From Amoebophrya sp. A120 (Eukaryota; Protista; Dinoflagellata): a stretch of 64,000 nucleotides of DNA. Below the pieces are notes generated by a model. The model worked only from the letters and a program-made list of their open reading frames with translations, did not search any database and was not told where the DNA came from. How positions within the stretch are numbered: position 1 is the stretch's first letter; each line of letters opens with the position of its first letter. The stretch spans positions 2,313,331 through 2,377,330 of the forward strand of contig CAJINV010000011.1 in assembly GCA_905178155.1 (NCBI GenBank). The letters run 5' to 3'. The translations under genes and the position numbers were made by a program. This document shows, piece by piece, positions 13,483 to 24,680 of the stretch.

Positions 13483-16400
13483 ATGGATCTGCTTCACGAG
13501 ATGCGCAAGCACGCGGGGCCGCGGCTGACCGTGGGCTTGTATGACAGTGCACAACTACTCCCCCTCCCCCCCCATCTGTAAGTATAGTACGAACGGCTTT
13601 ACGAGCATCAGCAAGAGTGCCGGTTTTGCATGACAGATTTGCACTGGAGTGTAGTGCTATTTGGGGCATTAGATGAACTTGTGATGCATAATAGTGAAAG
13701 GAGGGAAAGCGTGGATTTGGTATTCTGCATGAGAAATGAGAACGAGGGGGAGTTGTGCATTGTCATAGCTTGCCCCAGGAGTACATCAAGAAATTTCTCG
13801 TGGAAGACCACCAACTCGTGCTGGCGATCCAGCACGCGCACGAGAAATGGAAACAATTAGATCCCGCGCAGACGTACCGGAAGCCGGAGGGGCAGCTGAT
13901 CGCGGAACTGCAACAGGGGTGGTGCCACCTGTACCCCGAGGACACGCGGAACCCCTACGTCCCGCTGGCCGCCAAGGGGCCCTGGATCGTCACCATGTAT
14001 GGGGCCGTGCTGCACGATAACGGCGGCTACGGCATGCTCGGATTCGGCCACTCCCCGGACGCGGTGATGAAGGCCATGTCCGAGGACGTGGTGATGGCCA
14101 ACATCATGACCCCGGCCCTTATGCATTGCAAAAGAATCGTATTGTAGTATGACTTGCATGACAAATTTTCTTAAGAACAAACACAAAGGTAACTGCTACA
14201 ATTTGGCATGCTAGTCCAGGTAGAAGATCGGGTTTGTGATGCATGATTTTGATTGCAAAAACCTCGTACTGCGACGGCGATACTTTTGCAATGCATAGCC
14301 CTGTATCAACTGTAAAAATGTCTGGGTCTGGAAGAATCCAACTTGTCATGCTGATTTTGGATTCCAAAAAAATCTGTATTGCATGAGCAGCAAAGCGAGT
14401 CCAAGTTTTGCTACACGGAAAGAGCATTTGTCATGCGGTATAGGCATCAGGAAGCCCTCACAAAATCTGTGATGCTAGGGCATGCATCACAGACATCAGG
14501 AGCCATGCAAAATGTGCATGACAAACCTGGAAATCTTCCAGACGCAGACATTTTTACATTTGATACCCTGGGGCAGAAACAGTTCATCGACGCGTTGCAC
14601 AAGGAGATCGGGTACCAAATGTAAAAGTGTCTGGGTCTGGAAGAATGCAACTTGTCATGCTAAATCTGAAGCATGCGAAAATCTGTGTTGCATGATTACC
14701 AAACGTCGTCCAGTTTTGACCAAGTCGGGAAGGACTTTCTCATGCAGGATAGGCATGAGAGAGATCGCGCAGAATCTGTCATGCTAGGTCCTGCATTCCA
14801 GACCTCATGGGTCATGGAAAAGCTGCATGACAAATCGCGCATTCTTCCAGACCCAGACACTTTTGCATTTGATATCGGGCACAACCGCCCGGACGGGTGC
14901 CCCTTCAGTGGGTTTCTTCTCATGAACTCCGGTTCGGAAGGGAATTCCGTCGCGGACCGGTTGATCGACATCCACACGGGGACCGTGATGGCCGAGCCGG
15001 AAAACCGAAATAAGAAGGTGAAGTGCGTCGCGCTGAAGGGCTGCTTCCACGGCCGGACCTACCGCCCCGCCCTGTGGACGGACGCCTGCCACGAGCGGTA
15101 CAGCTCGGCGGGGGTGTACTCGATCATGAAGTTATCCGAGAAAAAAACTGTGTTAGTGTAGGTGGCGTGAGGTGACAGCATGAGAAATCTGTTCTGCATG
15201 ACAGAAAAAGCATGTCATGCGCAGCTACTAAGTGAAAACACAAATGAAATAGGACTTCATGGTTGGCTAGCATGACAAGTCTAACAGTGTTGCATGCTTT
15301 GCATCACAGACTTACACTTACACAGTTTTTTTCTTGCATAGAAGTCCTACGAAGAGGAGTACTGCTGGATCTGCGAGGTGAACGACTGCGCCGACCTATT
15401 ACCATGAAAAATGCCCCCACCCCAATAAAAGTTGCAATAATTTGTGATGCGAAGTTTCCAAATGAAAACTTTTTGTCATGCATCAAAGGAATATGAGTCT
15501 TTTCTTAATCTTATCTTTTTGGTGCAGAGTCTAGGCGTATATAGCATTGCTTGCATGCGCATGGCAAGCGCCGCTCTTGCTGGGATCTGTTGCAATACAA
15601 ATCTTCGCTATTGACGATTGGAAATCTGTGATGCTGCTAGATGCAAGAGGGCGAGTGTTTCTGTTGGAAAGGTTTGCAATACAAATGCTCCCAAGTTCGG
15701 GGGTGGGGGCGTTTTTCATTGTGATACGACCTGCAGCGGCTGTTTGACAAGGCGGTGAAGGAGAATTGCTTCATCGAGGCGATGTTTGTCGAGTCCGTCA
15801 TGGGGGAGGGAAATCCCGGCGTGGCCATCACGGCGGAATTTTTCGCGAAGGCACGGGACTTAACCCTGAAACACAACTCCATGCTGCTTGTGGACAACAT
15901 TCAGGCCGGCATCCGCACGACGGGAAATCTTTCCATCGTGGACTACCCGGGCTTCGAAAAGATTCCCGGCCCGATATCCAAGAAAAAAACTGTGTTAGTG
16001 TAACTTTCTTTGGTTGCCAGCATCACAAATTTGCTCTACATGACCGAGAAAACCTGTCATGCGCGGCTTGTAAGGGAAAACACACATGAAAAGAGGACTT
16101 CATGGCTGTCGGGCATGACAGATGTAACTCTGTTGCATATTCTGCATTACAGAGTTACACTTACGCAGTTTTTTTCTTGCATATCCGGACTTCGAGGTGT
16201 ACAGCAAGGCGATTAACGCGGGCCAATACCCGGTCTATGCATTGCGAATATGTCTAGGTCTGGAAACTTGTGATGCTGAACTGTGCACGACTGAAATACT
16301 TCCCAAGGCAGCCAAGCATGACAAGGCTGCCGAACACTTTGCCATGCGCAGTCCGCATGACAAGCTGCGCTTTTATATGACACAAGAGGGCGTTTCATCG

Positions 16401-17876
16401 TTGGTCATGCAATACAGATCTTACAGGAATGTAGAACTGCATTACAAGGTCCATGGTTCCAGACCCAGACATTTTTGCAATGCATACGGTCTCCTGCCTC
16501 GCCATCTCCCCCCGCGCGCAGGCGTTCTACAAGCACGGGGTGTACGGAAACACGATGACGGGGAACCCGCGGGCGTGCTTGGTCGCCGCGGCGGTGCTGA
16601 ACAGCATCACGGAGCCGATGCGCAAGAACATCGTGCAGATGGGCAAATATGCAGTGGAAAAGTACAAGGAACTGCAAAAGGAGTTCCCAAATCTGATCAC
16701 AAACGTGACCGGCACCGGACTACTCTACGCGGTCCAGTTGAACGAGGCAATTTTCGCGGTGGTCGCCCGGGACGGGGCGGAGTACTGGCTGCGACAGCAG
16801 GGCCTGGGCGTGATCCACGGCGGACACAACGCGTTGCGGTTCACCCCGCGGTTCTGGATCACCAAGGCCGAAATCGACTTGCAGGTGGAGCTACGCATTG
16901 CAAATATGTTTGGATCTGAAAAGAATGGGACATGTGATGCTAACTTTGAATGATACAAGAACCTGTATTGCATGAATAGCAAAAGATTTGCGTAGATTTT
17001 TGCCACCCGGGGAGTGCATTTCTCATGCGGGACAGGCATTAGCAAGCCTTTGCGAGAGCTGTGACGCTAGAGCATGCATTACAGGGGTCGTGTCGCATGT
17101 ACTATTGTGCATGACAAACTCCCCCAATCTGGTGCCAGACCCAGAAAGATTTGCAATGCATAGAAGCTGGTCCGCGCGTTTTTGAAGCGGATGGACAGCG
17201 AGGCGGTGCGGCTGTTGGCACCGAGGTTGCAGAATTTGCGAATCGCGTCGTTGCGCGACATTTCCTCCACCGCGGCGGGGTCGTCCACCGGGGCCTCTTC
17301 CGGCGAGGAAACCTTCGGCGCCTTGCCGGACAGTGGGGACAGTAATAAGCCCCCGATGAAGTCAATTCAGCTGCTATCCTGAGTAAAAACGTACCCACAC
17401 CAGAGTCAGGATGGGGATTTTGCAACACAAACCTAGAAGCTTTGTGAGTCACGCATGACAAGTTGCAGTCCGTAAGGTAGTGCAAGTTAGCAAGGAAGGC
17501 CGCATCACAAATCGACCTGCTGATCCTGTTCACAGCATCACAAATTCCAAAACACGATTGGAAATGGCTCTCATGCGGATGCGCATTACAAGTCTTCCTG
17601 TCTTTGCAAATCTGCATTACAACTCTGGTGTGGGTACGTTTTTACTCAGGATAGCTGCAGCTCAAAGGGCACCTGTTCGACGAGAACATCATCAACGAGG
17701 TGCTCAACAAGGTGGAAAAGACCGAGGGCTCGGCGCGGATGCTCAGTTTGCGGTTGGGGGACAACGTGCGCGAGCAGTCGGAGGCGAAGTTGCAGGTGTT
17801 CACCCCGGCACCGCGGAAGAACGAGTTGCTGAAGCAACTGCAAGTGATGGAAAATTGCGAGATCACGTCGTCTTGA
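13483..17876 (+). CDS. lat: PLP-dependent class III aminotransferase, bacterial L-lysine 6-aminotransferase (LAT)-like, with a C-terminal LKR/SDH-interdomain (Saccharop_dh_N-like); 10 introner introns
   Basis: Spliced protein carries NPYVPLAAKGPW, LHDNGGYGMLGFGH, MANIMTP, NSGSEG, FHGRT, ESVMGEG, LLVDNIQAG, PDFEVYSKAINAGQYP (PLP lysine), YGNTMTGNP and LRFTP, then LKGHLFDENIINEVL. Confidence 0.85.
13540..13767. mobile_element. Introner, family F (TATGACAGTGCACAACT..CCCC TIR)
   Basis: DR GCTTG/GCTTG. Confidence 0.9.
14120..14297. mobile_element. Introner, family D
   Basis: TIR TATGCATTGCAAAAG; DR GCCCT/GCCCT. Confidence 0.9.
14304..14565. mobile_element. Introner, family A
   Basis: TIR TATCAACTGTAAAAATGTCTGGGTCTGGAAGA; DR CCCTG/CCCTG; inverted homolog of 27052-27313. 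Confidence 0.92.
14613..14874. mobile_element. Introner, family A
   Basis: DR TCGGG/TCGGG; near-identical to 56415-56726. Confidence 0.92.
15133..15340. mobile_element. Introner, family C
   Basis: TIR TATCCGAGAAAAAAACTGTG; DR GAAGT/GAAGT. Confidence 0.92.
15397..15726. mobile_element. Introner, family E
   Basis: DR CGACC/CGACC. Confidence 0.92.
15975..16183. mobile_element. Introner, family C
   Basis: DR CCCGA/TCCGG; removal gives PGPDFEVYSK. Confidence 0.88.
16236..16486. mobile_element. Introner, family A
   Basis: DR CGGTC/CGGTC. Confidence 0.92.
16892..17162. mobile_element. Introner, family A
   Basis: TAC start; DR GGAGC/GAAGC. Confidence 0.85.
17375..17653. mobile_element. Introner, family B
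   Basis: 29-bp perfect TIR TATCCTGAGTAAAAACGTACCCACACCAG; DR GCTGC/GCTGC. Confidence 0.95.
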
Positions 17877-18883
17877 TAGATCTGCAACTACGGGGTTTCG
17901 ATTTCATCTACTTTCTTATGCGGTTTTTGCTACACTCCGACCACGACGACCAGAAGTACCAACGAACTGGTTCAATAGGTTGTGTGTTTTCTTATCCTAA
18001 TCTTGTAAAAATTTAGTCAAAGAATGTTCTTCAGGATCATCTGTAAAATTGCTGCATGTCGATGCGCGGCAAGCACAGTAGACTGCAGAGTTTCACACAT
18101 GATTTTGCGTAATTGTAGTCTTTAACATATCAAAGCTTCTTCCTCGCTATTCTATACCGTTTTTCCCGCTCGACTAAAAGCAACTCTTCTAAGCGCTACC
18201 CTACCCGTGTACAGAGACTTTTTCAACCGCCCATTGTGCTTTTTGTAAGCACCTTTATTTGGACAGGCACTTCTTGCTGTCTTTGATTACCATCTGATCT
18301 TTCTCTTTTCATGGGAGGAGCGGCTTTAGCTAAAGTGTATCTCCTCGTCCGTCTATTTGGAGCAAATCTTCTCCGGTATTGCTTTTTTCCCTGTTTACGA
18401 TGAATCCAGAAAGACAAAGAATGAATTTAGACAGAACTTGGAACTTTTTCTTTTCAACACAAACTAGCACGGGAGTTTGGAAAAAAAAGCAATACTACAA
18501 CTTACACTTCTTGTTTGTAATTATGCAGTACGTTCTTCTTCATGTTCATCTTCAAGGAGCGGTAGCGGGGAGATACAAGCGAAGAATTTTTCCGCTCGAT
18601 TGCTAACATCTGTAGAGACGTTGGTTTTGGAAACTTCAGCTTTCTACCAAGGGACAAGAGGCACCGCGAATCGCTGGGGCAAGGAGGTTGCGAGGCCGAG
18701 AAAGCAGCGGTGTGTTCGCGCAAGTTTTTCCCTGACAAGATGATCCGTATTCGTAGGATCGGCAAAATGGATAGGATATTCACGAGGCAGAATTGGCCGC
18801 GTAGAAGTTGAGTCAGCTTCGGACCACCTTTGTTCTTTCTGAAAGGATCATTTTCACATACAAGAGATCAATGCGCAAAGATC

Positions 18884-21800
18884 ATGCCTAATAGACAAAA
18901 ACACCTGGTGGCACATCGGTCGCCAGTGGTGGTTGCGCAGGAGGATGAGCCGCAAGCTCTGTGCGCCCTCCGCGAGCATGTGCTGGGAACTATAACTACG
19001 CGGCATCTTCCAGGAGTTGTAGACGACCACAACGAGCGCGCACAGTTCGTGGCCGGGCTTCGGAAAACCTTGCTGCAGACGTTGCACGGGAACAAGAAAG
19101 CTACACAAGTTCCTTCCTCTCCTCGGTTTGTCGCTTCCGGCGCAGAGCTGACGGGTGGATCTTCATGCTTGTCCGAAGATGTCATCGCCTGGCTTTTCGC
19201 GCAACTCGGCGGCGGGAGGCCTGCCGAGGAGAAGCTACTGCTGCAGCACTGCTTGTTCAAACACCCAGTATCATTTTCGGCGTCAACTGCCAGCACGGCG
19301 TCTTCCACCAGAGCTACAGCCGGCAATAAAACCGGCGCCGCCGCCGCGGCACAAGAACAGCAGCAACACCAGACCCGAGTCGCTGTGCGACAGCGCGTTT
19401 ACGAGAATCTGCGATCGGACCTTTTACTTTATGAGGAGGAAGAGGAGGGGGAGACAGAAACGCGACTTGTGAGATATAATCTGCTCAGGTGTTACAATCT
19501 CAAACGTTACAATAGAATATGGAAATCTGTGATGCAAGAGTGCATGAGCTAGCCAACTCTCATAGGATTGCGCATGACAAGTTCCGGAGCTCCAAACCCC
19601 ACTACAATCTGGGAAAATTTGTATTGCAAAAGGTGGAACGCTGTGCGAGTCTGTCATGCCCATCATGCAACACAAATTCCAGATTCTATTGTAACGTTTG
19701 AGATTGTAACGCTTGAGCAGGTCATATGAGAAAGCTGCTCAAAGACAGCTACAGCGATGTACCTGCCACGCCGAAGATTGCTGCCTTGAGAAGCAGCAGT
19801 AGTAATCGCGGTGGTGCGATGAAAACTTTGGTCTCAGGAATAAGCGAGGATGAAATCAATCTGACATCTACTTCTTTTTCGTACGACGACATCCTGCACA
19901 CCACCATCGTTCGCTACCAGCTCTCGGAGCAGCTTGACGACTCGCAGCTTGTGGCTATGGAGCAGGGCTACTGGGAAGTTCTGGAGAGGCGAACCAGGAA
20001 ACAGGAGCTGTTCGGCAGTGCTGGGGCAGCAGCAAGAAATCGTGAGCCGTCATATGCGGGTAATCCTGCTTTTCTTCGCGAGCATAGTTCATCATCATCG
20101 CCCCTGCTTGTTGACCAGCAACAAGCACAAGGTCTAGTCGTGTCTGCACTAGCCGCGGTGCTGATCGGCAGCCCGACGAGGAGCCCAGCACACGGTGGCT
20201 CAGCGAAGCGTGAAGCTGCGGAATCGCTAGCACAGCTCGGCGGTATTTTGAAATCGGCCGCTTCGGTTCGCGTCCTATGATTAAGGAAAAAACTGTCTCT
20301 GTCTCAGGAGGGACAGCGCTGCAGATTCGCTCAGCATGACACGATGCGCAGTTTTTTAACAGGAACAAGAGTAGAAATAAACGCGTATACGGACAAGGTG
20401 TTTCTCTATCTCTTGCCTGTCATGCATGCCAGAAGCTTCTATCAACGAGTTGTTTGCGCATTAGATTATAACAGTTGAGCATGAGACAGTTTTTTGGCGC
20501 GATAGTTCTCTTGTGTTGTGCAATACTTACTTGCCGCGGACGAAATCTTAGAGCACGAAGAGGAGTTGCTGGCCTGCCTGGCAGAATTCATTTCCGAAGA
20601 TCGAAAAAACAAAAACTGCAAGAAAAGCCGGATTCCCACCACTACTTCAGAAGTGGTAGATCTGGAAACAGCGTTGACGGCGTTTTGCCGACGAGTCGTA
20701 ATTTCCAACTCGTCGTCAACATCCGCCGAACAGGACCAAGATCGGATCGCGACATCATCATCCTCAATCTTCGGCTGCTGCGGCAATTTGTCTGGATGGG
20801 CACAAAATCTGTTCTTCCGAAACGGTCTACCCATCGAAACCAGCGTTTACATGCTCGACCAGATTGCCGTCGCGTGGAAACTGATTTTCAGGACGAGAAC
20901 GAATCAAAACTACCTTCTCGCGTCTTTTCTCGAAGCTTATTTAGCAGCGCTGTTGCTGTTCGTGTTGCGGAAAGTGATCGCAGTCAGATCGTCTTCAAGA
21001 TCGACTGCTCACGATGCTGCACCCTTTCTCTCCGCAACTCCTAATGGGCTGTCTGCTAGTACAACAACTCCTTTAGCTTCGGAGGTGTGGGACTTTTTTC
21101 TCTCCTCCGCCACTTCATCAGCTGGGTCAATCGGCAACAAAAAGGCGCGGCACCACAAGACACAACTCGGGTTCTCTACCTGCACGGCCGCGAATTTTTT
21201 GCAATTGCTGAAGGACCTGCACGCCGATGAGTTTTTGCGGAAAGAGGTAAGGTACACTGTTTCATCCGATGAGGATGACACGAATTCTGGACAACTTGAC
21301 GACCCCACAACTAGCTCCGAGGAGCGTCTTCACGATTTTCTCGAGACTTATCGTATCCAGACCTCCGCCCGCCCGGTGCTGCGGCGGACACTGTCCGGAG
21401 AATTGCGGGGCCTTCTCCCCTTCGAGAGGCTCAGCGCTGCTGCCCAGCAAGAAGCGGTACAGGCACTGCAGGTGGTTGAGCAATCGAGGGTTGTGATGTC
21501 CACGCAGAAGAAAAAAAGCTTGCTTCGCTTCAACGAAGACGTGCTCTTCCGGCCGTTTCTCAGCCTGCCGCGTTTCCCAGAAGACACAGTCCAAGAGGTC
21601 GCGTTTTTTCTCATGTCGTGTCGGAATAATTTGACGCCCAGTGGGGAAACCATCGAGAGCAGGAGGGAAGCCCAAACTTTGGAGGCATACTGTGACAAGG
21701 TGAAAGCGAATCGCCTTCTTTCAGGTAGCCAATACACCTCCGAATCAGACCAGAAGAGGTTGTCACCACGAACGGCGTCAAAAAGCACCTTTCCAGCGCT

Positions 21801-22095
21801 AATCGACGACACGTTAGCAGGTCCACCGAAAGTTTTCACTGGTACAGTAGGCATTGCACGCTATGAATTCGCCGTCTCCTCGCTGTATTGCGGCTCTGAG
21901 TCAGAGTCAACACCTCCCAGAACCGACGACTGGCCTCCTGGAGGTGCTAGTAATAGTGCCGCAGCTCCAGCTCCACAGCTGCTGCGAGGTCTGTGGAGAA
22001 ATATTTTGCGTTTACAGTACGAGAATCCAGACCTGGAACACCACATTTTCGCGGACTGCGTTTTGCAGCTACGACGTAATTCTGCTCATGCATAA
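18884..22095 (+). CDS. Large hypothetical protein, 2 introner-derived introns; start uncertain
   Basis: ORFs 18830-, 19726- and 20518-22095 join in frame after removing 19475-19726 and 20272-20505. Confidence 0.65.
19475..19726. mobile_element. Introner, family G-related (GTTACAATCTCAAACGTTACAAT TIR)
   Basis: Long TIR; DR TGAGA/TGAGA. Confidence 0.9.
20276..20504. mobile_element. Degenerate introner, family C-like, now bounded by GT (20272) and AG (20505)
   Basis: Residual TIR GGAAAAAACTGTCTC / GAGACAGTTTTTT; diverged DR CGTCC/GTTCT. Confidence 0.7.
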
Positions 22096-22862
22096 ATAAT
22101 TCACACAGAAATCGAAATGTCTTATAAATATTAAGTTGTACTATTAACACCTTCACCTTGCACTTCGATGGCATCAACTTGCACTTGGACAACTTCATGT
22201 AGGCATCTATCATGTCGAGCGAAGCAAGAACGGAAAGCAAAAAGCACGAAGTGCAGAAAGAGCAAGCATAAAAGGATTGTTGTGAAGCAGTCCGCATGTA
22301 AAAGATTTCCATCTTCATTCAGCAGCGAATGTGAAAAATCGGTTTTTTTTTTCCGTGGTTGTCTCGTGACATCTGACACTGTAATCAAGAATAAGAAATG
22401 TCACTCACAGGAGACACAGGAGAGTGGAACAGGAGAAGTACTAGAATTGAAGCAGAAACAGCGCGCCACAACTCATTGTCATTGTTTAGCAGCACTACCT
22501 CGAGATGAGGATGAGAGAGCCTCACTCGTCACCAACATTTTTTTCTCTACTAATTTCACCAAATTACAGCAGCTCCAGAACAATCTGTGGTAAGGAATAA
22601 GAGCAGGGCACCAAGTTACTTCGAGGGCAGCTTTCCAGAAGCTTCTTCTTTCTCGTAATTATGGCAGAACTCCGCAGTAGACCAGCACTGTAACGAGATA
22701 AATCTAATCGATTGAAGGAACAGACCCAAACGTAAAAAACGAAGCTCTGTACTTCTAGTAAAGTAAAGGAGCTACAGGAACCATACTAAGAACAAGCCTC
22801 CCAACATTGCTCTACTGCCCAGCCTCAAGTAGTTTTACTTGAGCTTATAAATTCTCAACAAA

Positions 22863-24680
22863 ATGTCGGATAATCCCGTGTGGAAGGCTTTTAAGCCGTT
22901 CGTGACCGGTTCTATCTCCGGTTCCGTTGCGACATGCTGCATCCAGCCGATGGACATGGTGAAGGTAAGGATCCAAGTTGCCGCGGCCGAGGGAAAACCA
23001 ACCTCACCGGTAACGATTGCAACCACGCTGGTGAAGGAAGAGGGCTTCCTGGCGATGTACTCGGTAATAATACAACTTCAGGATCGATGGCTATGGCTTT
23101 AGTTTTGCTTCCTGGTTCTTGATGGTGCTGAAGGGAAAAAATGCAAAGCAATCGAACAGTCTTCACAATACCCGAAGTCGAATTTTGTTCATCACTGTAC
23201 AACAAGAAGAAAACCTCAACGTCAACAGGGTCTCTCGGCAGGGTTGACAAGGCAAGTCATATATACCGGGGCGCGACTGGGACTCTACGACATTTTCACA
23301 GACATGGTACTGATTTTTTTGCGACGAAGTGATTCTGCTCAACATGATTCGAGATGAACATATAAGTATGTAAGTAGTTCTAGGTCGTTCTGAGGTTTCG
23401 AAATGCATGCGTGGGACGTCGTCATTGATGTTTCGATATGCAGCATGTGTGAATGTGTACTATTTTAAAAACTGTTCTATACTTCAGGCAAAAACTCCGG
23501 GTGAGAAAACCTTTCCCATGTGGAAAACCGCCGCGTGCGCCCTGTCTGCCGGTGGTTATGCAAGAAAAACTGTGTATAGTGTAACTTTGTAATGCAGAAC
23601 ATGCAACAGAGTCGCACTTGTCGTGCGACACAGCCATGAACTTCTCGGTTCCTGTGTGTCTTCCCTTACAGGCCACGCATGACAGATTTTGTCTGTTGTG
23701 TAGAGCAAATTTGTAATGCTCTCGGCCAAAGAAAGTTACACTAACACAGTTTTTTTCTTGGATACTGGGATAGCAGCGGTAATTGGTAACCCAGCAGACC
23801 TGTCGTTGATCCGCATGCAGACGGACAGCATGCTCCCAAAAGCCGAACAGGTGGGCTACAGACACGCGGGACACGCTATGTCAAGTATTGCTTTGCTGGT
23901 TCTACTCAGATGTATTTTTTCCACGTGAAGATCGACACAATATTAAATACCTGTGATCTATTGCATGCAGATGAGTACCACCTCCACCTCCTAGATTATC
24001 CGTAGATCCAACATTTTTGCATGCCGTTGTGACCAGTTCAAGTTTAAAAAAAATTTTATTGCAATGGAATTACCTCTTCAAACAAGGTATTCTGAAAGGC
24101 GAGGGCTTCGTTGGTCTTTTCAAGGGCTCTGTGCCCACGAGCGTCCGCGCGATGGCGTTGAACTTGGGAATGCTCGGCGGAAACTCCGCGGCAAAAGATT
24201 TTTTGTCCGGATCGTTTGGACTGGAAAAGTCAGGGACAGCATGCGTGTTCGGGGCATCGGCGATCGCAGGCTTCTTCGCGTCGGCATTCTCATTGCCGTT
24301 TGGTACTAAGTTGTAAAATTTCAATGATTCTATGAATTGCAAAAGAAGTTGTATCGTACTACGTAGTAATTGCAATAAAAATTCGCTTAGCATGCTGATT
24401 TCCATGGCAACAAGATTTGTATTGTGCCTGACTGCAATGTCAATTAAATTTAAATCCAGATTTCGTGAAGACGCAAGTCCAGAAGGCCAAGCCGGATGCG
24501 AACGGCAAGATGCCCTTCAACGGCCCCATTGACTGCGCCATGAAGATGTTGGCCGAGGGCGGTCCACTGCGGTTCTACGCCGGATTCCCGACCTACTACT
24601 TCCGTATCGCGCCCCACGCGATGATCACGCTCATCGCCCAGGACAAGGTGAAGAAATTCTGGCAGAGCATCGGCGCGTAG
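22863..24680 (+). CDS. DTC: Mitochondrial dicarboxylate/tricarboxylate (2-oxoglutarate/malate) carrier; 4 GT-AG introns plus 1 introner
   Basis: PFVTGSISGSVATCCIQPMDMVKVRIQ, GNPADLSLIRMQ, SLPFDFVKTQVQK and GGPLRFYAGFPTYYFRIAPH. Introns 23064-23228, 23307-23487, 23885-24086, 24303-24459. Confidence 0.92.
23557..23764. mobile_element. Introner, family C
   Basis: DR GTGGT/CTGGG; inverted homolog of 15975-16183. Confidence 0.88.

Noticed and set aside
14119-17617. Many short ORFs with recurring peptides such as CKNVWVWK, PDPDIF, QTQTFLH, KKTVLV and SGVGTFLLRI
   Set aside because: They are translations of introner TIRs in various frames, not a repeated protein domain.
13483-17876. Interpreting the fragmented genes as pseudogenes or as using an alternative genetic code
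   Set aside because: Precise removal of element plus DR yields stop-free ORFs with intact catalytic motifs under the standard code.
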